DNA of 37,632 nt from Eledone cirrhosa (GCA_964016885.1 CAXHJY010000843.1:1-37632); one strand, 5' to 3'. Shown: positions 1-14,088, numbered from the stretch's first letter. Translations and numbers: made by a program. Notes: generated by a model from the sequence alone, not told the origin.

Positions 1-934
<934 letters not shown>

Positions 935-937
935 TGA

Positions 938-986
938 GATTCTACAGGACTAGAACTGTTTCATTCATTAGAAATCATCAGGAATC
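938..986 (-). ncRNA. Type I hammerhead ribozyme (family A), mirror copy
   Basis: The inverted arm carries the identical core. Stem I is reduced to 5 bp (gattc/gaatc). Confidence 0.8.
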
Positions 987-987
987 A

Positions 988-1040
988 GAGATTCCTGATG
1001 ATTTCTAATGAATGAAACAGTTCTAGTCCTGTAGAATCTC
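988..1040 (+). ncRNA. Type I hammerhead ribozyme (family A)
   Basis: Stem I gagattc/gaatctc; core CTGATGA 995-1001; stem II ttc-taat-gaa with a U-U base; GAAAC 1014-1018; stem III ACAG/CTGT with loop ttctagtc; cleavage triplet GTA 1031-1033. Confidence 0.88.
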
Positions 1041-1120
1041 ATCTATATTAAAACTATTATACTCTGCTATGTATTGAGTACCTTACTTACTGTGGTTACC
1101 TCCGATTCAACCGGAATAAC

Positions 1121-1121
<1 letters not shown>
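988..1121 (+). mobile_element. PLE pseudo-LTR / retrozyme-like unit (family A) flanked by (TA)n
   Basis: An HHR is followed by a tail (actctgctatgtattgagtac...ctgtggttacc...ccg/cgg hairpin) shared with copies at 4799-4940, 24601-24738 and 25630-25737. Confidence 0.7.
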
Positions 1122-1150
<29 letters not shown>

Positions 1151-1151
<1 letters not shown>

Positions 1152-1222
1152 TGTATGCACACTTCAACAGCATTCTAATAAATATTACTTGTTCATGTAA
1201 TCAAAGTGTGTGTACATCTTTT
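1151..1222. mobile_element. Internal fragment of the small Tc/mariner-superfamily MITE
   Basis: acttcaacagcattctaata...gtaatcaaagtgtgt matches the interiors of 11580-11674 and 29697-29773. Confidence 0.55.
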
Positions 1223-1247
1223 AAGATGTACACACACACACACACAC

Positions 1248-1317
<70 letters not shown>

Positions 1318-1539
1318 TAACTGATATAAAAGATACAGAAGCGAAAACCAACCAAACAGTGAGTGTGTTCTCTTGTTAATTCTGGCAATATTATTACAAC
1401 AATATGACCCTCCCCAAATATAACAATATATATATATATACAGTATATATATATATGTATAATTTATTTATATATATAAATAAATATAAATATATATTTA
1501 TATATATATATATTTATATATATATAAATATAAATATAT

Positions 1540-1592
<53 letters not shown>

Positions 1593-1951
1593 AATATATA
1601 TATATACGCACACACACACACAATATATTACAACTACGTACCAAATTATGTACGCAGAGTGCGCTGCCCTTAGTTAGGTTCTAGATCTCTATGTCTCTCC
1701 GTCCGTCTGTCTCTTTATAAAATATATCGATTGATCCGTGTCTGTTTGTCCGTCTTTCCAAACTAACCATCACACACTTCTTCTTAGTTCAACCATGCAT
1801 ATACACACATATACACCTTCTAGATACACACACATACGTCTGAAGCGAATCCAGTTATAAAAGCATATATACATACATCTATGTGTATATATATATTACG
1901 GTGACGCATTCAATATACCCAAAGAGTCACTCGTTAACACACATATAGACA

Positions 1952-2035
1952 TACACACGTGTATGTTTGCACACATATACACACACGTGTATGTTTGCAC
2001 ACATATACACACACGTGTATGTTTGCACACATATA
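1952..2035. repeat. 26-bp minisatellite, about 3 copies
   Basis: The unit acacacgtgtatgtttgcacacatat is repeated. Confidence 0.9.
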
Positions 2036-2295
2036 TACGCATGTAATTGTAGATAATATATAAATAAACACACAAATTGTTACGTTACACGGGCTCTTGT
2101 ATATACACATGCACATACATATAGATATATAGATGTATATATATAGATAAATATATATATATATATACGTACACACAGTGAACCAGACAGTACTATCGCG
2201 TTTATTCGCATATTGCAAGCATGTTGGTTGGTAGTCGGCGTTAAATTTGAGGTGTAAAACAACCAACATCACACAGTAAAATCCTCCAACATCGC

Positions 2296-2420
2296 CATCA
2301 ATCACAACAACCACCACTATCATTATTATCATCATCACTATCATCATTATCATCAGTAACATCGTCGCCATCGTTATAATCAACATCACTACCATCACTA
2401 CTATCACCATCGCCGTCATC
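2296..2420. repeat. Degenerate (ATC)n trinucleotide repeat
   Basis: Read directly. It explains the M/V/I-rich and D-rich ORFs here. Confidence 0.85.
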
Positions 2421-2724
2421 TTTATTGCCGGTAAAACAGGCAGTATCTATACGGCTGACAATATCACGGCGACCAACAAGAGCTGCACGGTACTTAAAGC
2501 GATGCGAATTGTCTCGTATACTTGAAAGAACAAGGCTTTTTATTACCATGGCTAGGTAGGTATTCTTATTCACCAGCACCACATCCTGCATCCCTCTCAC
2601 ACACTTTCACATACATCATATATATATATATGTTTTATATTTGTCTGTCTGTATACATATCTACTTTCACATACAACGCACTAGATATCTATATCTATCT
2701 ATCTATCTATCTATCTATATCAGC

Positions 2725-2965
2725 CTGTAGGTTGAGGAAAAAGAGGAGAGGAAAGGAGTACAAACTCTTCGTACTCCTGAAGATGAGGGTTGCACATTTT
2801 TTTCGGGGGTGTGTGTTACCCATATGAAATGTCTCCCCCTATTGGGGAAAATCGACTAATTTTTAAATTACATTTGTGATAATATTTTACACGTTTTTAT
2901 TGTATGTAAACTTCCCCCTTTGTATTTGTCCCTTTCTTTTGTGCCCCTGTGGCTAATAAAGAAAC
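2725..2965 (+). mobile_element. Probable 3' end of a non-LTR retroelement
   Basis: Pyrimidine-rich tail ending in AATAAAGAAA, a 7-bp hairpin ggagtac/gtactcc, and microsatellite flanks. Family not assigned. Confidence 0.35.
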
Positions 2966-4534
2966 ATATCTTATCTCTCTATTTATATATATATAAATAT
3001 ATACCTGCATTTGTCTCAATATATATGTATATATCTTATATATATTTAGATAGATAGAGAGATAGATAGATAGATAGATGCATGTTTTAATGTAGATTTT
3101 GTTATCATGTTTCCCTCCTAAACGAAGAACTGGAGTATTTGTCTATATTACTTTCTCATCCGTCTGACCTTCATTTAGAATATTTATTAATCAAACTGTC
3201 TGTCTATCTATCGTCTATGTTATATATTCTCTCTCTTTCTCTCTCTCTCTCTCTCTCGCTCTCTCTCTATATATGTGTGTGTGTATATATAATTTCCTTT
3301 TCTCAGTTTATATATATTGCACTATTATGAAATTACGACTATTAGTTCTCGTTCAGTGTCTTATTCAATCAACTTATATCTGTTTAGTTCATCTGGTTTT
3401 CCTTTTTCCTTTCATTTCCACACTCTTATATAGTTACCTGTAATTAATGTAATACTACTATTCCAGGTGGAAACAGGTGCCCCCTACAACCACCTGTCTT
3501 AGTATTATCTTTTAACATTATTTTATTTATTTACATTATTGTATTTATATTTTACACATTCACAGTTTACAATAAATCCATCCATCAGTCTATCTACCTA
3601 TCTATTTATCTATCTGTCTACCTATCTCTCTAGTTATCTATGTCTATCTATGTATCTGTCTATCTATCACTACATCTATCCATCTATCTATCTATGTCTA
3701 TCTATCTATCTAAACTAGTTCGACCGGTAAAATAAAAAAGAAATATCAGCGAATTCTCTCTCCTTAGAATTTACACCTTGCAATTTCTTAAATCCATGTC
3801 GCAATAAAAGACAGTATTTGCAGCGACATGGAACAACACTTTTAATAAAATAGATCTAAAATATGTAATTTATTAATTGCGTATGTGTATGCATGTATAT
3901 ATATGCATGCATGTATGTATATATGCATGTATGTAAGTATATATGTATGCATGCAATAATTGTGATAATTAATAATACCAACATTAAAAATCAATACATA
4001 TATATATAAATCTCTGCACAATTAATATTTATACAGAATAGTTGCAGATGTTACAACAATTTGTTATTCGCCTATTACAGTATTATTATTATTACGACTA
4101 AGTTGGCACTGATTTGATGTTGCTAGTCGTGTGGTTGTCTACCTGTCTGTCATGTGTCTATTATCTATCTATCTGTCTAGTCTAGTCTATCCATATATCT
4201 ATCGGTGTGTCGTTCTGTCTATCTATCTGTCTACGTCCCTCTCTCTCTCTCTCTGTCTATCTATCTATCTACCTCTCTCTCTGTCTATCTATCTATCTAC
4301 CTCTCTCTCTTGTCTATCTATCTGCCTTTCTCTCTATATATTTTTCTATCTTTCTTTCCCTCTCTCTCTCTCCCTATCCGTCTCACTGATTTTGGTCGGT
4401 TTTGTTTTAAACATGTTTACGGAACAAACAAACAATTACACGAAACAAGAAACAAAAAAGACCCACTTCCGAGTTTTACACGAACTTAGAAGTGCTTTAT
4501 AAACTGACACACCACACACATAAAAATAATACAC

Positions 4535-4605
4535 ACATACATAGCAAAGAATACTCACATACATAGCAAACAATACTCACATACATAGCAAACAATACAC
4601 ACATA
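4535..4605. repeat. 22-bp minisatellite, about 3 copies
   Basis: Unit acatacatagcaaacaatactc. Confidence 0.85.
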
Positions 4606-4798
4606 CATATACAAACAAATAATGAAATATTGCCTAGTTTGGCCATTCTGTCTCTGGACAGGCAATATACAACATATCTTTCTCTCTATTTTGTTGTTAT
4701 TTATCTATATATCTATTGTTATGGTGTCTGTATGTCTCTTTACGCGTATGTGTTGCTATATAATATATATATATATGTGTGTGTGTGTGTATATATAG

Positions 4799-4940
4799 AT
4801 CCCCGATTAAGATCGCGGGGGGGGGGGGGGGTAACCACAGTTTAAAAAAAAAGTACTCAATACATTGGTAGAGTGTAAGCATCATTATTTACGATGAATT
4901 CATACGAATGAAACAGTTTTAGTCCTGTAGAATCCATTTC
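4799..4940. mobile_element. Family A unit: minus-strand tail fused to a plus-strand 5'-truncated HHR
   Basis: 4799-4890 is the reverse complement of the family A tail (gtactcaatac). 4893-4935 reads gatga attc-atac-gaat GAAAC ag ttttagtc ct GTA gaatc and lacks the 5' strand of stem I. Confidence 0.75.
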
Positions 4941-4984
4941 ATTTCTCTCTCTCTCTCTCGCTATATATATATATATATATATAT

Positions 4985-5017
<33 letters not shown>

Positions 5018-5211
5018 GTGAAAAAATGGGGAGAAGATATATATATATATATACTCAGTCTATCTTTACACAAGCATCCATACATCCAGCACAATTTTAA
5101 TCTGTAAACCGATTGTAAGAAGGCTTGCTGTAATGTAATATAGCGGATATTGTTAAGCAGCTGACTGCTTGGGTAGGCTAAATAGATACCTAAATGAGGA
5201 AAGACTAACTG

Positions 5212-5254
<43 letters not shown>

Positions 5255-5496
5255 CACGTATATATATATATGTAATATTTTTGGAGGATATAAATAAGTT
5301 AAAAGACTGCTATTTTATCGTCTTCTCTCGTATCTTCTTACTTCCTCCTCACCTCAACATTTCGACTCTTCGTCGTTTCTATTTCCCCCTTCTCTCTCTC
5401 TCTCTCTCTCTCATTCTTGCATTCTTCACATCGTAATTATTTTCTTCCTTCTATCAGACAAGACCAGACCATTCATTTATCTCTCTCTCTCTCTCT

Positions 5497-5757
5497 TTGT
5501 CTATCTACCTACCTATATATCTATTTACCTACCTATCTACCTACCTACCTATTTATCTATCTACCTACCTATATATCTATTTATTTATTTATCTACCTAC
5601 CTATATATCTATTTATTTATCTACCTACCTATATATCTATTTACCTTACCTACCTACCTATTTATCTACCTACCTACCCACCCACCTACCTACCTACCTA
5701 CCTACCTACCTACCTACCTACCTACCTACCTACCTACCTACCTACCTACCCATCTAT
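5497..5757. repeat. (CCTA)n/(TCTA)n tetranucleotide repeat
   Basis: Read directly. Confidence 0.92.
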
Positions 5758-5911
5758 GTATCGTTTAAAGCCTAGTGTCACTTCTCAATCTTCGACGACA
5801 TTTCTGTGTCGTATTTGCAGCTGTTGGTGCTAATGAAGGCAAAAATGTAACAAATTCTTGTCATTTCACCTCTCCCTCGAATTTATAGGGAGCATTGTTC
5901 CTAATAATAAT

Positions 5912-6032
5912 TGTGAAACCTTGCATGCATTAATTTCAACTCTTCTTATTAATAACTGCATTGTTTCTTTCCAAGGACTATATTGAAAAATAAACCTCAT
6001 TTGGTCATTCCATGAGAGTATCTTGGTCAGCC
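5912..6032 (-). mobile_element. Partial copy of the Mariner-type MITE
   Basis: Reverse complement of the interior of 8981-9182. Confidence 0.85.
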
Positions 6033-6181
6033 GACTCAGCTATATAAGTTTTCAAATAGAAAGTAGAGAACAATTGTAAGACATCCGTAGTTTGTTTCCG
6101 ACATTAAATAAAAGTGAAATTGTTACTAGCGAGAATCGAAACCGGGAAGATGATTTAACTCAGCCTCAGTGACGTTTCTTG

Positions 6182-6455
6182 TTCTGAGTTCAAATCCCGC
6201 TTTGCTTTTCATGTTTACTGGGGTCGATAAAATAAAGTACCAGTCACGCACTGGTGTCGATTCAATCGATTTCCCCTTTCCTTCAAAAAGTAAAAACAAT
6301 TATTGTTAAATCCCGCCGACGTTAGCTTTGCTTTTTATCCTTATTGGGTCGGTAAAACAAGGTACCCGTCACGCACTGGGTCAATTTAATCGACTTTCTC
6401 CTCCCCACCATCACCACCAAAATTGTTGGCCTTGTGCCTAAATCAGAAACCATTA
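6182..6455 (+). mobile_element. Two tandem 5'-truncated SINE copies (SINE family 1)
   Basis: B-box-like gagttcaaatcc and core ggggtcgataaaataaagtaccagt at 6182-6303 and 6307-6455. Confidence 0.85.
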
Positions 6456-6823
6456 TTTTTTAAAAATCCTAATTCCCTCCCCTTTCGTCTCCCTCTCTAC
6501 TTTCCTCAGACCGGGAGACTTTTAAAGCTTTGTCCAGCACTCAAATAATTACGCTTCACTCAGTCTAGTCCAGCAATCCATTCCTTGCTCTTTCTCTCTC
6601 ACACATTCATTATTCCACTCTCTCTCTATTCATTCATTTCAATTTGTCCACTCTTCTTTACTTTTTGCAAATCCGATTTGTCCTCCGCTTCTCCCCCCCC
6701 CCCTCTCTCTCTCATATAATATATATGACGAAAAAGGCCAGTTTTAGACCAACATCTCCCCTATACAGCGGTGGCCATAACTGGACTCCCGAAACCTAAA
6801 GTCGCACTTACATTTAAAATGTA

Positions 6824-6854
<31 letters not shown>

Positions 6855-7098
6855 TTATATGCAGAGGTTATATTTAATTTGTTGGGATTCAACAAGCTTA
6901 AAAATGTTTATAACTGATATAAAGCACTCAACAGTTAAGTGGAATAAATACACAATTAATAAATGGAAACTATATTTATAAAACCATATTTATTTTATTA
7001 TACATATTTCAAGGGCCACCAAGGCAGATTATGGTGCGCTTTATATATATTTGGGGGAGGGGTACCGGGTTTAGACTAGGAAGACTATGTTCAGCTAA

Positions 7099-7186
7099 GT
7101 ACTCGATACTTGGCAAAGTAGAGTGCTTATGTTGTAAATAGTGCCCGAAGGCGTGAGCTCAGCCGTCGGGCACTAACTATTTACTA
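7099..7186. mobile_element. Family C HHR remnant forming a fold-back centred on GAGCTC
   Basis: tagtgcccgaaggc/gccgtcgggcacta arms (13/14) surround gagctc, and a minus-strand bulged hairpin lies at 7101-7124. Homologous to 27025-27052 and 27649-27713. Confidence 0.65.
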
Positions 7187-7344
7187 TGTTCCTCTTTCCT
7201 CCTCCTGATTATCATGCCATCACTTCACTCAGCCCAGCTGTCCACTCAAGTTTACACTCGACCCCCGCCTCACTCTCTCTCTCTTACACACGGACAATAA
7301 AATCTGCCACGCGAAACAACCCGACATTTTTTTTTCTTTTGACA

Positions 7345-7535
7345 CGATCGATTGACCTAAAAATAGCAGCCAAATTTTCCTCTAATCACGTCCACACACA
7401 CACGCGCGCGCGCGCTGGCCACTTCAAATAATGCAATTATAGATAGATATCCTCTTAAAATAGGGTGAAGTCACGACTGGAGCGCTTTTTATTATAATCT
7501 TGCTCAGGGCCTAAACAACAACAACAGCAACAACA
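7345..7535 (+). repeat. Interspersed repeat family (aaatagcagccaaat...cctggggctaaacaacaac)
   Basis: Related copies lie at about 7895-8040, 8175-8225, 15060-15220 (-), 19590-19670, 22535-22732, 23815-23960 (-), 28270-28435 and 29455-29500. Confidence 0.65.
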
Positions 7536-8262
7536 ATACTAACTCTGTGATATATGAGAGAAAAGAATAGAAAGAAAAAAAACGGAGAAAAGACAAGTGT
7601 TTCGCCAAGAAAATGATCCAACCAGCCTGTAATTAAATATATAAATCTTTACACTCTCGTTTGCCATATTTCTGGTAAATGATTTCCACTCTCAGAGCTT
7701 GAGAAATCGACCATTTCCAAATAGGAGGAGGTTCAACGTGGTCACTCGACTTGCTATAAACAAGAGCTAAACCTCTCCCCTCCTTCTCTTTCATTACATT
7801 ACACCTTACTGTAAAAATCCCCGAGTAACTGTCCCGGATATATTTGAACGAGGAAGGCTTTTTCTTTTAATTTTCCGAAATCTCTCTCAACCTCTTGTTA
7901 AAAATAGCAGCTAAATCTTCCTCAGATCTCATCCTTTCTGTCTTTGATTAAAACTATTCGCATACGACGGGATAGCCATGGCTGGAACCTCTTTCATGAC
8001 AGTTCTACTCAATCAGACCTGACCTGGGGTTAAATAACAACTGGATGGCTATGATGGTGATCATTCTGTTGTTACTAGCGATCGATTTAGGACTGACCGG
8101 GAGCTGCTGAACAACAACTCTACCGTCCAATCAATGGTTTATACGAGACAAAACAACTGCGTATTGGTTCAATGTTAGAAATAGCAGCCAAATATCTCGA
8201 TAATTTTCACCATACGGTCTTAAAAAGTAGGAATGTCGTCACATTTTCATGCTACCCGCTAC

Positions 8263-8354
8263 AAGAAGAGTTGAAAATAATTCATGCAAGATTTCACAGC
8301 CCTAGCATCACTCTTTCATAGCCTAGCCTATGATCTTTTCAGCTGACCCACGTA
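8263..8354 (+). mobile_element. Right half of the Mariner-type MITE
   Basis: Matches 9090-9182 and ends in the TIR ...ttttcagctgacccacg followed by TA. Confidence 0.8.
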
Positions 8355-8355
8355 C

Positions 8356-8493
8356 TTTAGGCACAAGGCCAGCAATTTGAAGTGAAGCGTAAAGTCGATT
8401 AAATTAAATTCCCTGGTGTATGACTGGTACTTTATTTTATCGACCCTGTAAGGATGACAGGCAAAGTTAACCTTGGCGGGATTTGAACTCAAA
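8356..8493 (-). mobile_element. SINE family 1 fragment
   Basis: actggtacttttattttatcgacc...ggcgggatttgaactc. Confidence 0.85.
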
Positions 8494-8980
8494 ATAATAA
8501 CTTTAAAAAGTGTGGTTGAGGAGTTAGGACATATTTAATTACGTCTCCTCAATCAGGTTGGACTTCAGATAAAAACTGCGACCGAAGACGAGAAAAGAAA
8601 CTAAACGAGTCGTACGGGGGGATGGGGTGCTATAAGTGGCCCAGTTGCCATAGGACTGCGATTTAATTTTGGTAAAGAATTAATTAAAAAAAGATTTATT
8701 AATCTTTCTAGTTCATTTAATATGTTCTGTTACACACATACGTGCGTATTGTGCTAGAAGCTTTACTTTCGTTTTAATAATAACTCTCTATTGACAAAAG
8801 TGAAAGTGGAACACTAAACTCAAGGTTTATCCGGCCAGGAAGGAAATTTAGCTGCTATTTTTAATAAGTCGAGCCTTCTACGTACGTAAAGGTTCCTTAG
8901 TTGTAAGGTGTGAGTTGAGGAATGTTTGGCTGCTATTTCAAGCAGACACTCACCTTTTTAATTCGTGTTAGCGTAGCTTG

Positions 8981-9182
8981 TACGGGGGTCGGCTGAGAAG
9001 TTCATAGGCTGACCAAGATACTCTCATGGAATGACCAAATGAGGTTTATTTTTCAACATAGTCCCTGGAAAGAAACAATATAGTTATTAATAAGAAGAAT
9101 TGAAATTAATTTATGCAAGATTTCACAGCTCTAGCATCATTCTTTCATAATCAGGCTATGAACTTTTCAGCCCAACCTCGTA
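8981..9182 (+). mobile_element. Full-length Mariner-type MITE (about 200 bp) with TA target duplication
   Basis: Imperfect TIRs TA-cgggggtcggctgagaagttcatag and ctatgaacttttcagcccaacctcg-TA. Four copies are in the window. Confidence 0.88.
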
Positions 9183-9234
9183 GTTGAAACAAAAATGAAA
9201 CAAGACATTCTCCTGCCTTAGCCACCGGCCATTC

Positions 9235-9648
9235 AACCACTCAGCCACCCAACCACCCGGCCAGCTACCCACCCAACCACCCGGCTAGCTACCCACTCAG
9301 CCACCCAACCACCCGGCCTGCTACTCACCCAACCACCCGGCCTGCTACTCACTCAACCACCCGGCCAGCTACCCACTCAGCCACCCAACCACCCGGCCAG
9401 CTACCCACCCAACCAGCTACCCACCCAACAACCCGGCCAGCTACCCACCCAACCACCCGGCCTGCTACTCACTCAACCACCCGGCCAGCTACCCACTCAG
9501 CCACCCAACCACCCGGCCAGCTACCCACTCAGCCACTCAACCACCCGGCCAGCTACTCACCCAGCCACCCGGCCAGCTACCCACTCAGCCACCCAACCAC
9601 CCGGCCAGCTACTCACCCAACCACCCGGCCAGCTACTCACCCAACCAC
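9235..9648. repeat. C-rich minisatellite with 23-bp and 31-bp units
   Basis: The unit cacccaaccacccggccagctac, with an optional ccactcag, is repeated. Confidence 0.93.
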
Positions 9649-10068
9649 CAACAGCACCACCACTACTTCTCAACATCACAACCACCAACACCTCTACCAT
9701 TACCGCCACCATCATCATCATCACTATAACTATTGTCACCACAACTATTAAAACATTTCTTCACGGCTGCTGCTCCTTTCCCCCTCCCTTAATCTACCAC
9801 AGCATTCTCACTCACAACACCACCACAATCACCACTATTATCACAACTACCACCACCACTTCCACCACCACCACCACCACTACCACCACCACCACTATTA
9901 TCACCACCACCACCACCACTATTATCACCACCACCACTACTACCACCACTACCCCACCACCACTATTATCACCACTACCACCACCACCACCACTACTCTC
10001 ACCACCACCACCACTATTATCACCACTACCACCACTTCACCACCATCACCACCACTATTATCACCACC
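9649..10068. repeat. Degenerate (CAC)n/(CAT)n repeat
   Basis: Read directly. Confidence 0.85.
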
Positions 10069-10309
10069 TTGTACACACAAACACCATCCAGCCAGCAGGA
10101 CACCGGTCTTTTTCTAACACTACCTCCTCACTATAATCAGCAGCAATGGCCTCTGTGTTGTAAAGTGTAGTGAGGGAGTGGAGTTGCCCTGGGTTTTATT
10201 AGCCCCGCGGTCTGGCTTAACGCTTATTCCCAACAAAACAAAGCAACTTAAAGTGACATACAGTAGCCATATAGGCTACGTTAGTGCATCTACTATGCGA
10301 CACCCTCAC

Positions 10310-10360
<51 letters not shown>

Positions 10361-10390
10361 CATACACCCTAACCCTAATCCTATACACCA

Positions 10391-10530
10391 CGTGGCCTAG
10401 TGGTAAGGGTGTTGGACTTAGGATCATAATGTTGTGGGTTCGATTCTTGGGTTGCATGTTGTGTTCTTGAGCAGAACACTTCATTTCACAATGCTTCAGT
10501 ATACTCAGCTAAGAGTACCAGCAATAACTG
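10391..10530 (+). mobile_element. tRNA-derived SINE with a CORE-like domain (SINE family 2)
   Basis: A box tggcctagtgg, B box ggttcgattc, and core tgtgttcttgagcagaacact resembling the MIR/CORE gtgaccttgggcaagtcact. Confidence 0.85.
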
Positions 10531-10541
10531 TCTATTATATA

Positions 10542-10585
<44 letters not shown>

Positions 10586-11498
10586 CAATAGCTGTCTATA
10601 TATATATATATATATATATATACAGCAATAGCTGTCTATTATATATATATCGTTTTACCATGATCAATCAACCCTCTGAAACGATCGTAAAACAATGAAC
10701 TAATTAACTACCTATCCGACTATTGTTTTATTTTCAGTGTCAATACACACATACTCACAAATATATATATATATATAATTTTCAGTTACCCCTTATTTCC
10801 ATGGGTCCTGTTTATTTTCCCTACTTTCTATCCAATTATCAAATGTCTGTTAATCAGACACTGCCCCAACATGGCCTCAGACAAAATACAGAAACCAATC
10901 AAACAGTCAATTTAAAAACTTATTATCTATCTATCTATCTATCTATCTACCCGTCTATCTATCCACAGCCGAGTACCTGTTCTTTATATAGGTAATGAAT
11001 TTTAGAGAGAGAGCGAGATGGTGTGTGTGAGAGAAATGGTGTGTGTGAGAGAGATGGTGTGTGTGTGTATCAGTTGTCTGTCTCTAAATAATACACCACA
11101 CAGGTACAAGACATTGTGTGAAAGGGAGGAAGTTTCAATACACGAAATGCCTCCACACGGTACACGAGTTTGAAGTTCATTAGAATTGTTGGACTTATAA
11201 AACCTGTTATTTCCTTGTTTTTATCTCATGAATAGACAGTACCGTGTCACTTACACACTTACATACAGCCATACATATATACATACATACTGCCATATAT
11301 ATATACATACTTACTGCCATATATATATACATACAGCCATACATATATACATACATACTGCCATACATATATATATACATACTGCCATATATATATACAT
11401 ACATCTGTCTATTTGAATAAAAATATATTTATATTTTAATAACGTAGTCTGTACAAAAGTATCCCCCTGTGTCTAGAGTGTTTGTACACAATATAGTA

Positions 11499-11532
<34 letters not shown>

Positions 11533-11579
11533 CACACATACACACAGTGTTTGTATACAATACAGTATGTGTTTGTACA

Positions 11580-11674
11580 TACAGGGTGTCCCCAAAAAAT
11601 TGTATACATCATTCTAATAGATATTGCCTGCACAGGTAATCAAAGTGTGTATACATTTTTGGGGACATCCTGTG
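11580..11674. mobile_element. Small Tc/mariner-superfamily MITE
   Basis: TIRs cagggtgtccccaaaaa..tgtataca and tgtatacatttttggggacatcctg, with TA on the left. Confidence 0.85.
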
Positions 11675-12590
11675 TATACACAAAGTGTTTGTACACAGTA
11701 TATTGTGTATATATTGTGTGCTGGTTGTTGAGTGTCAGGTCGTAGGGTAAAGCGAAGTTTTTATATAGCCAGGCAAGAGGTGGGGGAGGAGATATACAAC
11801 CATTTTAAGCCAGGTAAGTGAAACGAGGAGAGGAAAATTGATTGTGTAGTGTGTGGGAGAGAGGGAAAGAGAGAGGTTGTAGGATAGATAGATTGGTAGA
11901 GATTGTGTAGTGAGAGAGAGAGACAGACGGGGGGAGAGGTTGTATGATAGATATTGTGTAGTGTGTGCATTAGGGAGAGAAAGAGCGGGAGAGTTTGTAT
12001 GTCTTTGTGACATAAATAGTGTTGTGGGCCGTGGGTGTGTATGTGAAAAGGAAAGGAAGAGGTTGTATGAGTTTGTGGGAGACTATGTGCAGTATGTTAG
12101 AGAGAGATAGAGAGAAACTATGTACTGTATAAGAAAGAGAAAGATAGAGAGAAACTATGTGGTGTATAAGAAAGAGAGAGTTTATGGGAGAGATAGAGAG
12201 AAACTATGTGCTGTGTGTGTGAAAAAAAGAAAGAGGGAGAGGGAGAACCGGTTGGGTGACCTTTCCCAATGCTATCGACCTCTCATCGCCACCTATACCA
12301 CCACCACACTCACCAATACCAACATCACTACTAATCCGTGCTTTTGCTATGGCGTTTGAAGTATGTCAAGCTTGTCTCTCTCTATCTCACCTTCCCTCTC
12401 TCTCTCTATCTCACCCCTCTCTATTCTCTACCTATATTTCATACCTAGAACCCGTCTACCTGTCTGTCTCCCGCCATTTTATTTAATCGTTTGCTGTTGT
12501 TATTCACTTTTTTAGCTTCTTATTTGTTCAACCAACAGAAATATCTCGTATTTCAAATGACTTCATGTCGACCACAAACTTTTTAAAATG

Positions 12591-12622
<32 letters not shown>

Positions 12623-12643
12623 GCTCTACCACCACCCCAGAGC

Positions 12644-12845
12644 TGTGTGTTGTGTTCTTGAGCAAAACACTTCATTTCAAGTTGCTCCAGTGTACTCAGC
12701 TGAAAATGAGTACCAGCAGCAATAGCTGAGAGTTTAACCCTGTGATGGACTGGCGTCTTGTCCAGTGGGAAGTCTTGTACTCTCAGTCGCTTCACACCTC
12801 GGAAACTGAGACAAACCTTGACCTAATGAGCCTCCGGAATCGAGA
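12644..12845 (+). mobile_element. 5'-truncated CORE-like SINE (family 2) with tail
   Basis: tgtgttcttgagcaaaacacttcatttca...ctccagtgtactcagctgaaaatgagtacc. Confidence 0.8.
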
Positions 12846-13114
12846 TAGACTTTGGACTATTTTTAAGACTGGGGTGGAGGACTATATCATGGTTGATATC
12901 AAGTTGGGCCAGTCTAGATGTCAGCTAGCTCTCCACGGAGCATGATGAGTTACGCAGCTTGGCAAATAGATACTGCAAAATATTGTCTTCTTACTCTAAC
13001 ACTCTGCCAAGTCACACCTGGTGAAATATGGAGAGCAACACATTTTTTGAGTAACCAACACGATGTATAAGGACGAAGAAGTTGTCCATACACACATATA
13101 TTAACTAGAGAAGC

Positions 13115-13426
13115 CATACGTCGGTTTCAATGGAACAACAACTTACATGTGAAACTAACGTGTAAGTGGCTGCGCATTCCATTCCACAGACACGTGTACC
13201 TTTAACGTAATTCTCAGGGAGATTCAATGTGACAAGACTGGCCAGTCGGTCGACCCTTTGACTTACAGTTACAACTCTATCTCCCTCTCTTTCTTTTTGT
13301 GCCAGCTGAGGGGACTGGAGCAACGTGAAATAAAGTATCTTGCTCGAGGACATAACGCACTGCCCTGTCAGGGAATCGAACTCACGAGTTGTAGTGAGGT
13401 CGTGAGCTGAACACCCTAACCACTGG
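13115..13426 (-). mobile_element. CORE-like tRNA-derived SINE (family 2 head, different tail)
   Basis: The minus strand reads cagtggttagggtg...gagttcgattccc...gtcctcgagcaagatactttatttcacgttgctccagt. Confidence 0.85.
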
Positions 13427-13567
13427 AGAGATAGAGGGGGTGGAGAAGGGGACAGATAGATAGACAGAAAGAGGCCTTCGTTACAAACGATAAACTCAGA
13501 GTAATGATTTTGTAAAGATTCAATATGATATACAACACTCTGGATTGAATACTCACGCCCCTCCTTG

Positions 13568-14088
13568 TACAGACACACATACATACACACAGAACAGACA
13601 CATACATACACACAGAACAGAGACACATACATACACACAGAACAGACACATACATACATAACAGAGACACATACATACACACAGAACAGAGACACATACA
13701 TACACACAGAACAGACACATACATACATAACAGAGACACATACATACACACAGAACAGACACATACATACATAACAGAGACACATACATACACACAGAAC
13801 AGACACATACATACATAACAGAGACACATACATACACACAGAACAGAGACACATACAGACACGGACATATACATATACACAGAACAGAGACACATACATA
13901 CATAAGACACACATACATACATAACAGAGACATACATACACACACTTACATAACAGAGACACATACATACATAACAGAGACACATACACGGACATACATA
14001 CACAAGACACACACACACATACATACAATACAGAGACACACACACATACGGACATACATAACAGACACATACACACACAGTCACACAT
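13568..14088. repeat. Complex CA-rich minisatellite
   Basis: Units acatacatacacacagaacag(ag) and acatacatacataacagag. It explains the 349-aa and 222-aa C/V/M/Y ORFs. Confidence 0.93.

Noticed and set aside
2420-2600. Unique-looking segment with open frames on both strands
   Set aside because: Only faint resemblance to GIY-YIG or cadherin-like motifs, with no convincing splice sites or conserved residues.
2777-2835. CTGAAGA ... GAAAT as a hammerhead
   Set aside because: I could not form consistent stems I and III.
10366-10384. Telomere-like ccctaaccctaatcccta
   Set aside because: Only two to three units, which is compatible with chance.
10391-10450. tRNA gene
   Set aside because: A and B boxes are present, but there is no complete cloverleaf and the sequence continues into a SINE core.
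12860-13085. Possible LINE 3' fragment (EDYI motif, gaagaag end)
   Set aside because: Too little sequence to assign.
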